64,000 nt of DNA. Source: Euglena gracilis. Taxonomy: Eukaryota. Every line of letters starts with the position of its first letter. Position 1 is the stretch's first letter. The notes beneath the pieces were generated by a model. The model saw nothing but the letters and a program-made list of their open reading frames with translations, made no database searches and was not told the DNA's origin. The position numbers were made by a program, and so were the translations under genes. Below are positions 12,901 to 23,940 of the stretch, piece by piece. The stretch lies in contig CP154954.1 of assembly GCA_039621445.1 (NCBI GenBank), forward strand, positions 21,464,954 through 21,528,953, given 5' to 3'.

Positions 12901-14757
12901 GGGGTCCCTGGAACTCTCATTTTTATTAACTGGGGCCACAATGTGGCTGAATCCCAGTAGGGGGTGACCATCAAAACCTTGGCCTTGGGAAACGTTTTTA
13001 ATCTGGTGAGAAATTTTTGAGTCATTGATCAGGGGGGTTTGCATAAAGTCCCCCCATGGTGTCCAGTGGACATTGTAAAGCGTCCACTGCTGTGGCTTCC
13101 CAGTGGGGCCACCTGGCCACAAATTGTGGCAGTTTTCTGTTGCCTGGGGAGGCAAAAAGGTCTGTTTCCAGATTTATGCAACTTTTGAATTGCTGTTTTA
13201 GCCAGTGAAAAAGTTGGGGGTCTAAAGAATAATCCCCCCTGTCCATTTCCCATCTGCTTATGGGGTCTGCCAGACATTCTTTTGAGGGGACCCTTTTTTC
13301 TTGGAGATTGACAATTTTCTCCATGCACCATTTGAAAAATGGTCTTAGCATTGTGTTGGACGGGTGTTTCTTGCCCTCCCCTTTCGTTAAGTAATAATAA
13401 ATTACTTGATTGTCCACTGACAGGGACACAGTTCTCCTGGCTTGCTGAGACTTTTTACTGTGCTTATGGCAGCACTTAACTCCTTTACATTGATGTGAAA
13501 AATGGAGTTTTCTCTCCAAAATTCCTGGACAATTTTCCAGTTCGAATGTCCAGCCCCCCCCCCCCATGCATGAGTGCTGCTGTCTGAGTGCAACTCTCTT
13601 GTTGCATTTTGGGGGAAGGGCCTTCCCCCCCCCAGGTGTCCAGTAAAAATTTTATTTCTCTTAATTGGGCCTTGATTTCCTGGTAAATTGGATGTTTTGA
13701 ATCCCAGGGGGCTGCAGAGTTTGTAAATAAAAAATTTTCCAGGGCATCTGTAAACGCCCTTAGAAAGGGCAGGGCCATAAGATTGCACCTTTTTTGGTCC
13801 AAAGTGGCAGCCAATTGCCTTTTTGACATGTAATCTTTTTTGACAATTTTTCCCAGTTCCTTTTTTATTTTTTTGATCTTCTGGGGGGGAACCTGCAGTT
13901 TTCCTTCTTGGAAGTTTAGTTGAAATTCCAGATGATTTACCACTTGGGTGGGCTGCAGGGTGGACTTTTTGACATTTATTTTGAAATCTGAGCTGATTAA
14001 ATCCCTGACCACTGTGTTCAGGTGATTTTGCAAAATGTTTGGTGTTGGGGCCACCAGAAAAATGTCGTCCAGGTAAATAAAAACCTGGATTCCCCGTTTT
14101 CTCCACAGCTTTTCGAACGTTTTCATTACTGACATGAAAATTTGGGGCGTCACATTTAGCCCAAAACATCCTACTTGAAACTCCAATGTATACACACCTA
14201 CCTGATGCCTTAGAAATGGCCTTAGGGCCTGGCTTGCTGGGATGTGAAAATAGGCATCCTTCCAGTCGATTTTGGCTGACCAGTGGCTTTTTTCCAGCAC
14301 TGGGAAAATGTGCTGGATGTGACCTAACCTGAAAGGTTTCACTTGGAACTGGTGATTTAGTTCCCTGCAGTCGCTTATTGACCTCTATTTTGTCTGTCCC
14401 CCCTCTGGTTTTGAAATCAGAAACCAGGAGATTAAATGTTGGGAGTTCGAATCCCTCACCCTCTTTACGGATCCAGACTTTTCGTAATCCTGCAGGATTT
14501 TTTCTGCCTGTTTCAGGTCTAAATTTGCTCTGATTTTTGGGTCCGTGGATAATTTTGGGTGATGAACCCAGGGGGGTTGAATGCCATCCTTGATGAGTCG
14601 ACATGTTGCTGGGGGGGGGGCATGTTTTTCCCACCATTTTAGGCTTTTTTGTAGTCTTTGATGCACGGGGGTGTCTCCCCATTTCTCCTCCATGGAATTT
14701 AATTCTTGAAGGAGATGATTTGGGGAGTGGCTGGGTTGGGGGTGTTGGACATTGCAC
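12801..14757 (-). pseudogene. RT-RNase H-adenine methyltransferase of element C (frameshifted)
   Basis: KIDWKDAYFHIP, FIYLDDIF, HSDSSTHAWGG, CLADPISR, TDLFASPGN...LYANPP. Confidence 0.85.
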
Positions 14758-17597
14758 AGGCCCCTAGGGCTTGAGCCCTTGGAAAAGGAAAGGTTTCCTG
14801 CGGGGGTGTGCATGCACTCTCCTCTCTTCTCACTCTCTCTCTGGAGGATCTTGTTGTTGGAACGCATACCATAGGGCTTACTGCCCCTGTTTTGCCTATC
14901 AGGCCTCCTTGATGATGATGGTGTTGGTATCCATACCGTAGGGGGGCCTCTGTGGGTCCCCCCCTTCTTGATTTCACTGGGGAATTTGAAGATTATTGAA
15001 TAAATACTTTTGGGGGTCCTTCCCCTTCCGCCTGTTCCTCCTGGGGTTGGGCATTTGGTAAACACAAAGCCCTTGTGGGGCTGCCCTTTAGCTTCTGGGG
15101 GGCCTCTGGAGGTCCACCCCCTGTATGGCTGCCATAGCCCTTGTATTGGCCACCTTGGCCCAAGCCCCATTTGTTCTGACCTCCATGGCCGGGGCCGTAA
15201 GTTCTGGCTTCTTGCCATGCCCAATTGAAATCTGGGGGAGCCCTGTTGCTGGGCCTCCCCCTTCCCCCCTGGAATGGGGTTGTGGGCTGACTTTGAAAAG
15301 GATGGCTGGTACAGACCTTTTTTGCCCCTTCCTGTGGGCATTCTGCTCCAGACTGGGCCATCTGCTGGCTTCCCAATGTTGTACTGGCCCCCTTGTCCCT
15401 TATTCCATCTTGATAGGTTGGGGGCATTTGCCCTCTGGGCTGGGGATTTTGCTGTCTGGGCTGGGCCTGCCAATCTTGAAGGTTGCTTGTACCCCAATTT
15501 GAAATGTAATGGGTCTTGACCCTGGGTACCCAAATGTCTCCCGTTGTCGTCTGGGCTTTTTGCCCACTGTCTGCCAGGGTCCATGGCCATCACTGTGTGT
15601 GGTTTTCTGCTGCTGAAAGTTTTCTGTTGAGACTGTTGGGGGGGGAAGTGATGGCCACGGTTCGCCACGCTGAAACCGCATCTCCAAGTTCTCCAGCTGG
15701 CGTTTCTCGTTCTGCACTTTGTCCGGGTTGTCGACTTGATACTTCCAATTTGTTCTCCACATTCTGCATTGACTTCCAATGTCAAAGTTGTAATAATTTC
15801 TTGAATTTGATATTCTTCAGGTTCTACAGGTTCTGAATATGGATATTGTACTGTCTTGATCTCTTCCAACTCTGGTCCTCGTACTCCCTCGAGGAAAACC
15901 GACCAGGGAGGAAGGGACACCGAGGGCGAAGTACAAAGACCTTGTGAGGCCATGTTCTCCAGAGCTTTTCGAAAGTTTTCATGACTGACATGAAAATTTG
16001 GGGCATTACATTTAGCACAAAGCAGCCTGTTTGAATTTCCCAGGTCTGCCCCCCACCTGATGTCTCAAAAATGGCCTTTGACCTGGACTTACTGGAATAT
16101 GGAAATAGGCATCCTTGAGGTCTATCTTTGCTGCCCAGTGGCCTTTTTCCAAAACTGCTGGATATGATCCAGCTTGAAAGGTTTTACCTGAAATTGCTGA
16201 TTGATTTCTCTGCAGTCGCTGATCATTCTCCACTTGGTTGTTCCCCCCTCTGGTTTTGAAATTAAAAACCATGGGATCAAATGCAGGGGTTTCTGAATCC
16301 CAAACTCGTTTCACTGACCCAGTTTTTTCGTAATCCAGCAGAATTTTTTCTGCCTGGTTTAAGTCCAGGTTGGCTCTGGGTTTTGGGTGGGTGGACAATT
16401 TTGGGGGATTCACCCAGGGGGTTGAATTCCATTTTTTATCAATTGACATGTTGCTGGGGGGGCATTTTTTGTCCACCATTTTAGACTTTTCTGAAGTCTC
16501 TGGTACAGGGGGGTGTCTCCCCATTTTTCCTCCATGGAATGTATTTTCCAAACTAGATGATTTTCTGGGTGCTGGGTGGGGGGTGTTGGACATTGCACCC
16601 CTGGTGCCCCTGGGGAATGAGCATTTTCTAAAGGTGGCTGGGTGGGTGTGCATGCTCTGCTCACAGGTTCTCTGATCCTCCACTTTGTCATTGGTGTTGT
16701 CGATTGACATACCATAGGGGCCCCTTGGGTCTCCCCCTTGTTTGATTTGCCCCTGCCATGGGCATTGATAAAGAATGTTGAGGGGGGGGGGTTGCCCCCT
16801 TGTCCTCCACTGCTCCTTTGGGGGCATCCTCCTGGGGCTGCCACCGTACATTGAATCCCCGTGCTGGGGGACAGCCATTTAGCTTCTGGGGATTTCCCCC
16901 TTTTGATAATTGGCCCCAGTGGCCTTGAACTTGTTGATGTTGAGCATGGTGCTGGGCCCTGTGGCCTTGATAAAATTGATGATGGCCCCAATGGCCTTGA
17001 TGATAATTCTGGCCCCACTGGCCTTCTTGATGTTGGCCCAACTGGCCCTCTTGAAATGTTGACAGTCCCCATTGACTTTTCTTTGATCTTGGGCGCCATG
17101 CCCATTGAAAATGTTGGGGGGCTTCTGGGGGCCAATCCTTTTCCCCTGGTAGGGTTCGTGATGAAGAAATGATTGGGGGGGGGTGTTGTGGACCTGTCCT
17201 GCCCCTGCCACTGGGCATCTGTTTGTGGAATCGGACTCCCACGACACAGGAAGGGGGAGGAAGGGACCAAGAGGGCGAAGCACAAGAAGATGGTGAGGTC
17301 CTGCTTTCCTTGCCGGCTGTTCTGTTCTGGTGTGTTTGTGCGTGCGCGGGGGGTGCTTCTTACTGCGCCTTTGTTGCCGGAGTTGGCGATGATGAGGCCT
17401 CCTCCGACACCTTGGCGAAGCTGAAACGCCGTGGCCCCGCCCCCCCCCTCTCCCATGGTCGGGGCCCCCCCCCCCCCCCCTGATGGGGATGGTGGTCTCT
17501 TTCTGTGTTTCTGGGTGGGTGGTTGGGGCTGCTTGGTTGGGGGTCCCTTTTCTGGTTGGGATGTTTTTCTGCTGATTTTTTGGGTGGGAGGGTTGGG

Positions 17598-17699
17598 CTC
17601 ACCATCTTCTTGTGCTTCGCCCTCTTGGTCCCTTCCTCCCCCTTCCTGTGTCGTGGGAGTCCGAGACCATTCGGGCTCCGCACTGCGAGATGGTGAGGT
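17598..17699 (-). repeat. Internal complementary region (ICR) of element A
   Basis: Reverse complement of 17231-17297 fused to reverse complement of 21807-21840, with junction GGGAGTCCGA|GACCATTCGG. Confidence 0.9.
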
Positions 17700-18700
17700 A
17701 CTGTGCACCCCCCTTTGGGCCATAATTTTTTGAATTTTTGACACGACTCCCAGCCTCAAATAATGAGCTTGGAAGGCACCAAAATTTTTCCACTGACCCA
17801 GCTGCTGGACTTCTTCCACTTGCAAACCAGCATTTTTCCACCATAAGACCCCAGCCCCTCTGGTGCTGTGGGGTTTCCAGTGGGTGGTGTCCACCCCCCC
17901 CTCCTGCAGAATTTCTTTGGTTAGGGAATTCACCCTTTCTGATGTCAAAGGTCTTTTACCATCCAAAGACCACAACAAATTATTTTTGTGCCCAACCATG
18001 TGGGCTGTCCTTTCCACATACTCTTTCAATAAATGCCATGGGCTTATGAGGGGGGTGTGTGGCAAATTCAAAATCTCTTCCCATTTTGGGAATTGCCACC
18101 CTTTCCTTTGCAATAAAATGAAAATTTTTTCTCCCACGAAACTGATTTTTCGCTGTGTCCTGGCTAAATCAACCCCCCTGTGGAGGGCCAAAAGCCTCCA
18201 ACAGATGATGAGTCTGTTTCTGAGCTCTTTCACAGATAGGTCTGAGAGGGGTGTGGAATTCCTCATGATGTTTTCTAGGAAATCAGTGGGGTCCCAAAAG
18301 TGGGCATACTTGCAGACATTGGCATTCCACTTCCTTTTCAATGGAGCCAGAAGGGGTGAAAATCTCAAAGACCCAAACCCTGGGAGTAGTAAGGCTGCTG
18401 CATATGCATTTCGTGCAGTATTGATGCTATGAACAGCAAGATCAAGGATGGCTTCAGCCATCTTGGGGACTGTGCACTGCTGCAGAGGCACCCCTTTGTG
18501 CAATAATTGACCCACCAATGCCCTGAAGGCTGAGTCATATCTTTTGACATTTCCCAGATTTTTTATGTAAGTGTCGATACTGGACATCGAAACTTCCTGG
18601 GATTGTAATATTTGCCTGACACAATCAAGCAGGCCAAATTCCACCTTGGGGGGGGCATCTCCTCCCCCCAGCAGTTGGTGAACAGACCCCACTGGGGGGG
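17700..18700 (-). CDS. Tyrosine recombinase of element A; frame continues through the ICR
   Basis: LALHRGVDLA (R), KPHSTRGAG (HxxR), LGQWKNFGAFQAHYLRLG (W, catalytic Y). Confidence 0.88.
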
Positions 18701-20520
18701 GTACTAGCAAAACCTTGCTGCCTGGCTGCCTGATTGACATTAATTGGCGCCACCATGATGTCGAAGCCCAGTGGGGTACAATCAACAGACAAATTAGGTC
18801 TGGGTTTAACATTAATCTCTGAATCCATTGGGGAATGATGCTCCAGGGAGGGTTGGCATAAACTGGGGGGAGACCCCTTAAATCTGCCTTCAGAGCATCC
18901 ACCAACAAAGCCCCTTGGTGGGGGTATCGACAAATGAACTTGGGGAATTTTTTGTTGCTGGGTGTGCAAAACATGTCCACCTCTGGGGTGATGTGGTTTT
19001 TGAAAAACTTCAGAATCTGGTGAAAAATGGTCAGATTCAGGGTATAATCCCCTGGATCTTTTTGCTCCCTGGTCAGGGAGTCTGCCAATTGTTCTTTTGT
19101 GGGAACCCAAACCACCTGCAAGTTGATTTGCCTTTCTTGGCAATGGTACAGAAGGGGTTTTAGGATGGAATTTAAATATGGCTTTTTGCCTCCCCATTTT
19201 GTCAAATAACTGACTGCCACCTGGCTGTCCACATGAAGAACAATGGTTTGTTTTGGTTTTGCCAAAGCCTTTACAGTTTCCACCGCAGACATCAATTCTT
19301 TTTGATTGATGTGAAGGACATGCAGGTCCCTCCAGAAATCCTGGACCTTTTGACCAGACTTTTTGTCCAGCCCCCCCCATTGCCAGGTGCTGCTGTCTGA
19401 GAACAGTTCCTGAGAGGCCTGGGATTGAAAGGCTCTGCCCACACCTGGCTGCAAAAACGTTTTTAACTCCACAATTTGATCTTTGACCCCCTGGGGAATG
19501 GTCAGGGTGTGGTCCCAACCCCACTTCGTGTGTGCAAATCCACCATTTTGCAAAGTTGATCTGTCAGAATTCTGAGAAAAGGCATTGAAACTAAATAGCT
19601 TCTGACTTGCCCTACAATAGAGCTGAGTTTTCTGCAGCTCATCTTTTGTGCTGTCAGCACCTTTCCTAATTCCTTTCTTAGGGATTTTAATTTTTCCTGT
19701 GGAATTTCCAGCTGGCCTTTTTTCAAATTGATCCACTGGCCCAAATGCTTTATTTCTTGTGTTGGTTCCAGACATGATTTGGGGAGGTTTATTCTGAAAC
19801 CTGCCAGTAAAAGATCTTTTTTCATTTCTGCCAAATGCTGGGCTGCTGTCTTTTTGCTGGGGGCTAACAGCAAAATGTCGTCTAGGTAGATGAAAACTAC
19901 CTTTCCTTCCTTCCTCCATTTCCTTTCCCAGACTCTCATGAGAGTCATAAACTTTTGTGGCAGGCTGCTTAACCCAAAGCATGCAGCTTGAAATTGCCAC
20001 GTTTCCCCCCCCCACTTGCATGCAGACATGCTTTTCCAGGCTGCTGTGCAGCTTTAAATGGAAATAAGCATCTTTCAGATCTATTTTTCCACAGAACCAA
20101 CCCTTTCTGAGATATGGGAAAATGTTTCCCATGTGTTCCAGTCTGAACTTCTGGGGGGTGAAATAGTGATTTAACTGTCGACAATCTGAAATTAGTCTTT
20201 CCTTGGTCTTTTCCCCTTCTTTTTTGGAAATTATGAAGTAAGGGACAAAATGTTTTGCCTCCTCTGGGGGGATTTGCCTGGTTGCCCCTGCACATTCGTA
20301 TTCTCTCAGAATTTTTTGGGCAGTCATTACTTCCTGGGGGGCTTTGAAGGGAACTTTTAAGGACATTAGAGGGGGGAGGGGAAGATCTGCCATGACCCCT
20401 TCCCTTATCAGGTTTAATACCTCTCTGCTGGCACCTGCCTTTTCCCAATGGGGGATACTGGCCTGCAGGGCTTTGTAAGGGGGCACCCCTGGGTGTAATG
20501 TGTCTGGGGATTCCACAGGC
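18563..20520 (-). CDS. pol of element A: RT-RNase H-N6-adenine methyltransferase, with about three frameshifts
   Basis: KIDLKDAYFH; FIYLDDILL in frame 19502..20029; FSDSSTWQWGG, HINQKEL, VDSQVAV, LADSLTR; VDMFCTPSN...VYANPPW. Shifts near 20030, 19530 and 18695. Confidence 0.88.
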
Positions 20521-21483
20521 CCCATCACTGGGGTCCTTCCCCCTGGCTGCCCCATCACTGGGGTCCTCTCTGGCTGCCCCATCACTGGGGTCACCTCTGG
20601 CCCTGCCATAGGGCTGTTCAAAGACAGGCTTTCCCCCTGTTTTTGAAAGATGGGGGAAGGTCTGTTTCTGCAGTGGGGAGGTACATATACAGCTGGGGGG
20701 TGTGGGCTGATTATCTTCTGGGGGGGCCCTGGTGTAGCCAATCTTGGGCCTCCCCCCCAAGGGCTGTGGTCTTGAATGCATTGGCCTCCCATGGCCACCT
20801 GATTTTGATTGAAATGGCCTCCATTGGCCTTGATATTTTCCCTCTGGCCTCCATTGGCCTCTTGGATATAATGGCCTCCATTGGCCTGCCCCTGAAGGGG
20901 GGGCTGCTTGCTTGGATGGGCAGCTCCTGAGGGGTTTTTGATTGAGGGAGCTGTGGGGTAAGTTGGACATACCTTCCCCCAGTGGGATCTTCCCAGGTTG
21001 GGATACAGGCTGCCATAGCCTTGCAACTGGGCCCACTGCCCTCTTGAATGCTGGCTGCCATAGCCTTGATTCTGGGCCCCAGGCCCTGTTAAATGATGGC
21101 TGCCATAGCCTTGAGTTTGATTTGAATCCTTTGGATTTCTGATATCTCCAGAGAGGCTGCCATAGCCTTTGCTTTTTCCCCTGGAGGGGGAGGAATTGGG
21201 AAAAAGGGGTGGAGTCTGTTGGACCTGTGATGGTAGTCCCCCTCTGTCTTCTCTTCCTGACCACTGCTGTCCATGGTCCATGGCCATCATTTTGAGTGGG
21301 GGATCCTGAAAACTTTGAATTGCTGGGGGGTGGGGGGGTTGCGATGGCCACGGACTGACGTGCTGCTGCCGCCTCATCACCTTCTGCAGCTGCTGCTGTG
21401 TGTCCACCTTCCCCAGCTGTTTTCTTGGAAGTTCGTTGGAGTTCTTCTTGGCAGTTTGAATTTCTTTGCAGATCATTCTTCAT
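19969..21483 (-). CDS. Gag-like/ORF1 low-complexity protein of element A, overlapping pol
   Basis: Long overlapping frames. DGHGPWTAVVRK resembles DGHRLWQTVVRK (B) and DGHGPWQTVGKK (C). Contains internal peptide repeats. Confidence 0.5.
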   Translation of the reverse strand: MKNDLQRNSNCQEELQRTSKKTAGEGGHTAAAAEGDEAAAARQSVAIATPPPPSNSKFSGSPTQNDGHGPWTAVVRKRRQRGTTITGPTDSTPFSQFLPLQGKKQRLWQPLWRYQKSKGFKSNSRLWQPSFNRAWGPESRLWQPAFKRAVGPVARLWQPVSQPGKIPLGEGMSNLPHSSLNQKPLRSCPSKQAAPPSGAGQWRPLYPRGQWRPEGKYQGQWRPFQSKSGGHGRPMHSRPQPLGGRPKIGYTRAPPEDNQPTPPSCICTSPLQKQTFPHLSKTGGKPVFEQPYGRARGDPSDGAAREDPSDGAARGKDPSDGACGIPRHITPRGAPLQSPAGQYPPLGKGRCQQRGIKPDKGRGHGRSSPPPSNVLKSSLQSPPGSNDCPKNSERIRMCRGNQANPPRGGKTFCPLLHNFQKRRGKDQGKTNFRLSTVKSLFHPPEVQTGTHGKHFPISQKGLVLWKNRSERCLFPFKAAQQPGKACLHASGGGKRGNFKLHALG

Positions 21484-23900
21484 GGAAGTCCAGTGTGATG
21501 CTGTCTTCTTAATTGAAATATTTCTGGGATAATTCCAGTTGAACTCGAAGAGTTGAATTCTTCCTCCTGGAAGTCGAAGGTCAGCAAAAACTTTTGATCC
21601 ACCAGTTGATAATTCGCCGTTCTTCGGTGAATGTAATGCTCCTTGTAAATATTTTCCAAGTGAACTCGTAGCAGTAAAATTCTTTCTCCTTGAGGTCGAA
21701 GGGCAGAATTAGGAATCAGCCAACTCCGGCAACAAAAAGCAGTAAGAAGCACCCCCCGCGCACGCACAAACACACCAGAACAGAACAGCCGGCAAGGAAA
21801 GCAGGACCTCACCATCTCGCAGTGCGGAGCCCGAATGGTCTCGGCCTCCCTGGCCTTGGTATTGTTGGCCGCCCTGGCCTTTGTTCCATCGGCCACCATG
21901 GCCTTTGCTGTTTTGGCCGCCATGGCCCAGCTTGAACAAGGTATTGGTGTAACTGGGATATGGGCCTCCATGGCCCTTACCGTGACAGCGGCCTTGGCTT
22001 TGGTGTCCTTCGGGTTTTTCTGACCACTGTCTGCCAAAGTCTGTGGCCGTCGCTGGGTGGGTTTTTAGAAACTATTTCTGGGGGGGAAGGGACAGCCACG
22101 GTTCGCCACGGTTGCACTGCGCCGTCAGGTCGTCCAGCTGTGGCTGCAGCCAGTTCTTGTTGTTCAGCGACGCTCTTCTTCGTGTTGGCAATTGCATTAT
22201 TCATTCAAGTCTTGAATATGTCAACAATTTTTGATTTGATTTCAATTGTCGACGTCCTTGAATTGCAGCTCCTTTCTTCTGGGTTGTCGAAGGGCAAATT
22301 AAGAATCAGCCAACTCCGGCGAAAAAGGGCACTAAGCAGGGACTCCTAACCCAACGCACCCAAACAATCCAAACACCGCCGGCGAGCAAGGCATGGCCTC
22401 ACAAGGGCAAAGTGCGGAGCCCGAGGCGTCTCAAAGTTTCTGTCTTCTTCCTTGACGAAGGGCAAGGTTAGGAATCAGCCTCCGGACGGGGTGACGTCGT
22501 GCTGTGCACAGCGCAAGTCCCTGTTTGCCTGCCTTTGTCAGTTACCCCCTGCAAAATCTCTGTCCAATTCTGTGTATTATGGAGGGCCAAATGATACTTG
22601 TCCAAAGTGGCTTGGGAGGTTCACCTCCCCTTCCCCTGGATGAGGTCCTTGGCAATGTCCCAGAAAAAGTGTGGCAAATTTTGGTGGCATATTTGTTTGA
22701 ACACCGTTTCCACAAACCTGTTCCTTTTTCGACATGAAAAAGGCAAATCTTTGTGCCTTGGCTCAGAACGAATTGCCAAAAAAGTTTGCACATGTTGGAG
22801 TTGGGGGGGTGGACACCAAAATTTTCAAAGCCCATTCTTTGAGGGCCGCCACCGCCACACACCTCTTGGAGAAAGGGGTCCAAGGTCTCCACTGAACCAG
22901 TTTTAGCGGTGCACCGATCAAAAACCGGCGGACGCTACGCTTGCAGCGGCCCCATGTTTCCTTTCCAGTGGGGGGGGGGGTATGTCAGAAAATGAAACAG
23001 GAACAATTCCCTCGCGTGTTGCACCGTTGAGCAATGAAAAGTCACAGAAATGCAATGCTTCGCTCATGGTTCGCGTTCGAGCTGTGGACGGAACGCTGTA
23101 TCTACAAATCAGCATGTTGGGTGGGCATGGGGGATGCAAAGAGAATCTACGCACTTCAAAAATATAAACAAAAAAAGCAGGATGGGGTTGGTCAAGTCGG
23201 CAAACACGTTCAAAGACTTTCAGAAAAAACCCATCAACTGTCTGAGGGTGCAAATTCCAGGGAACGTACGACTTCCAAATGCCGGGTTCCATTGGTTGGC
23301 CAATGCGGCAGCTTCCCAAGGGGTGGATCAAATTTGAAAACTTATGCCTAATGTCAAACACTTGTGCTTTCATGTCATGGGGATGTTGTGGGGCAGAGGG
23401 CGTATGGTGAAAAAAAAATGCATCTCCTGCATGGCTTGTTTCGGGCACAGGCGCAAGGCGCATCAAAGCAAAGCTTGGTGCAGCACTTGCATTGTGACAA
23501 CGTTGATGTAGACCCAAAGCTGGGCCTCAACCATCCAATCAAAAAACGTGAGAATCCGTCTCAAAAATGACGCACATAGAAATGCGAATGGACATGGATG
23601 CAACGAATACTTTTCAATAATATTCAGACTCTTGGGTTTAAGCGAAAGCCAATTTCGGGACCAAAATTGGCCAAATGTCTGCCAAGAAAATTTGACCTTT
23701 TGGAGGGAGGGTCCCCGGTGCATGGTCGGACTGGACCCCCTGCCATTATGGTCAAAGGGGACACCCACCTAAACCCTGGACACCTTCCTAGCCCTGGGGT
23801 AAAAAAAAAACAACCTTTAAATTGTTGGTTCAGCACTTCACAAAAACACACAATCTGTCCAAATCAAAAAAAAAACGGCACATGCACACACTCATATACA

Positions 23901-23902
<2 letters not shown>

Positions 23903-23938
<36 letters not shown>
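23903..23938. repeat. (CA)n microsatellite
   Basis: Pure CA run. Confidence 0.95.

Positions 23939-23940
<2 letters not shown>

Larger units (their letters stand above)
17231..21843 (-). mobile_element. Near-intact DIRS1-like element A (4.6 kb) inserted in the gag-like ORF of element B
   Basis: ITRs at 17288-17387 and 21719-21817. ICR at 17598-17699 equals the joined termini. All domains are present. The flanks rejoin as QYQGQGG|RFHKQMPSGRG. Confidence 0.92.
15878..22432 (-). mobile_element. DIRS1-like element B, internally deleted, inserted near the 5' end of element C
   Basis: Left ITR at 22310-22432. Right end at 15878-15954 is joined directly to mid-RT (FEKLWRT|). The gag-like region is split by element A. 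Confidence 0.8.
11562..22487 (-). mobile_element. DIRS1-like element C (outermost of the nest), decayed, left ITR largely lost
   Basis: Right end and ITR at 11562-11712, ICR at 11856-11961, YR/MT/RH/RT/gag remnants up to 15877. The 5' leader resumes at 22433-22487. Confidence 0.8.

Noticed and set aside
16410-21476. 1688-aa ORF suggesting a novel gag-RT-RNase H-MTase-recombinase fusion
   Set aside because: It is a chimera of frameshifts. The YLDD core is in another frame (19502..20029). Removing one G from the run at about 18694-18701 restores an MT tail (QWGLFTNCWGEEMPPP) matching copy C (YRGMFTNCKGEKMPPP), so YR is a separate overlapping ORF. The 3' part reads through into element B.
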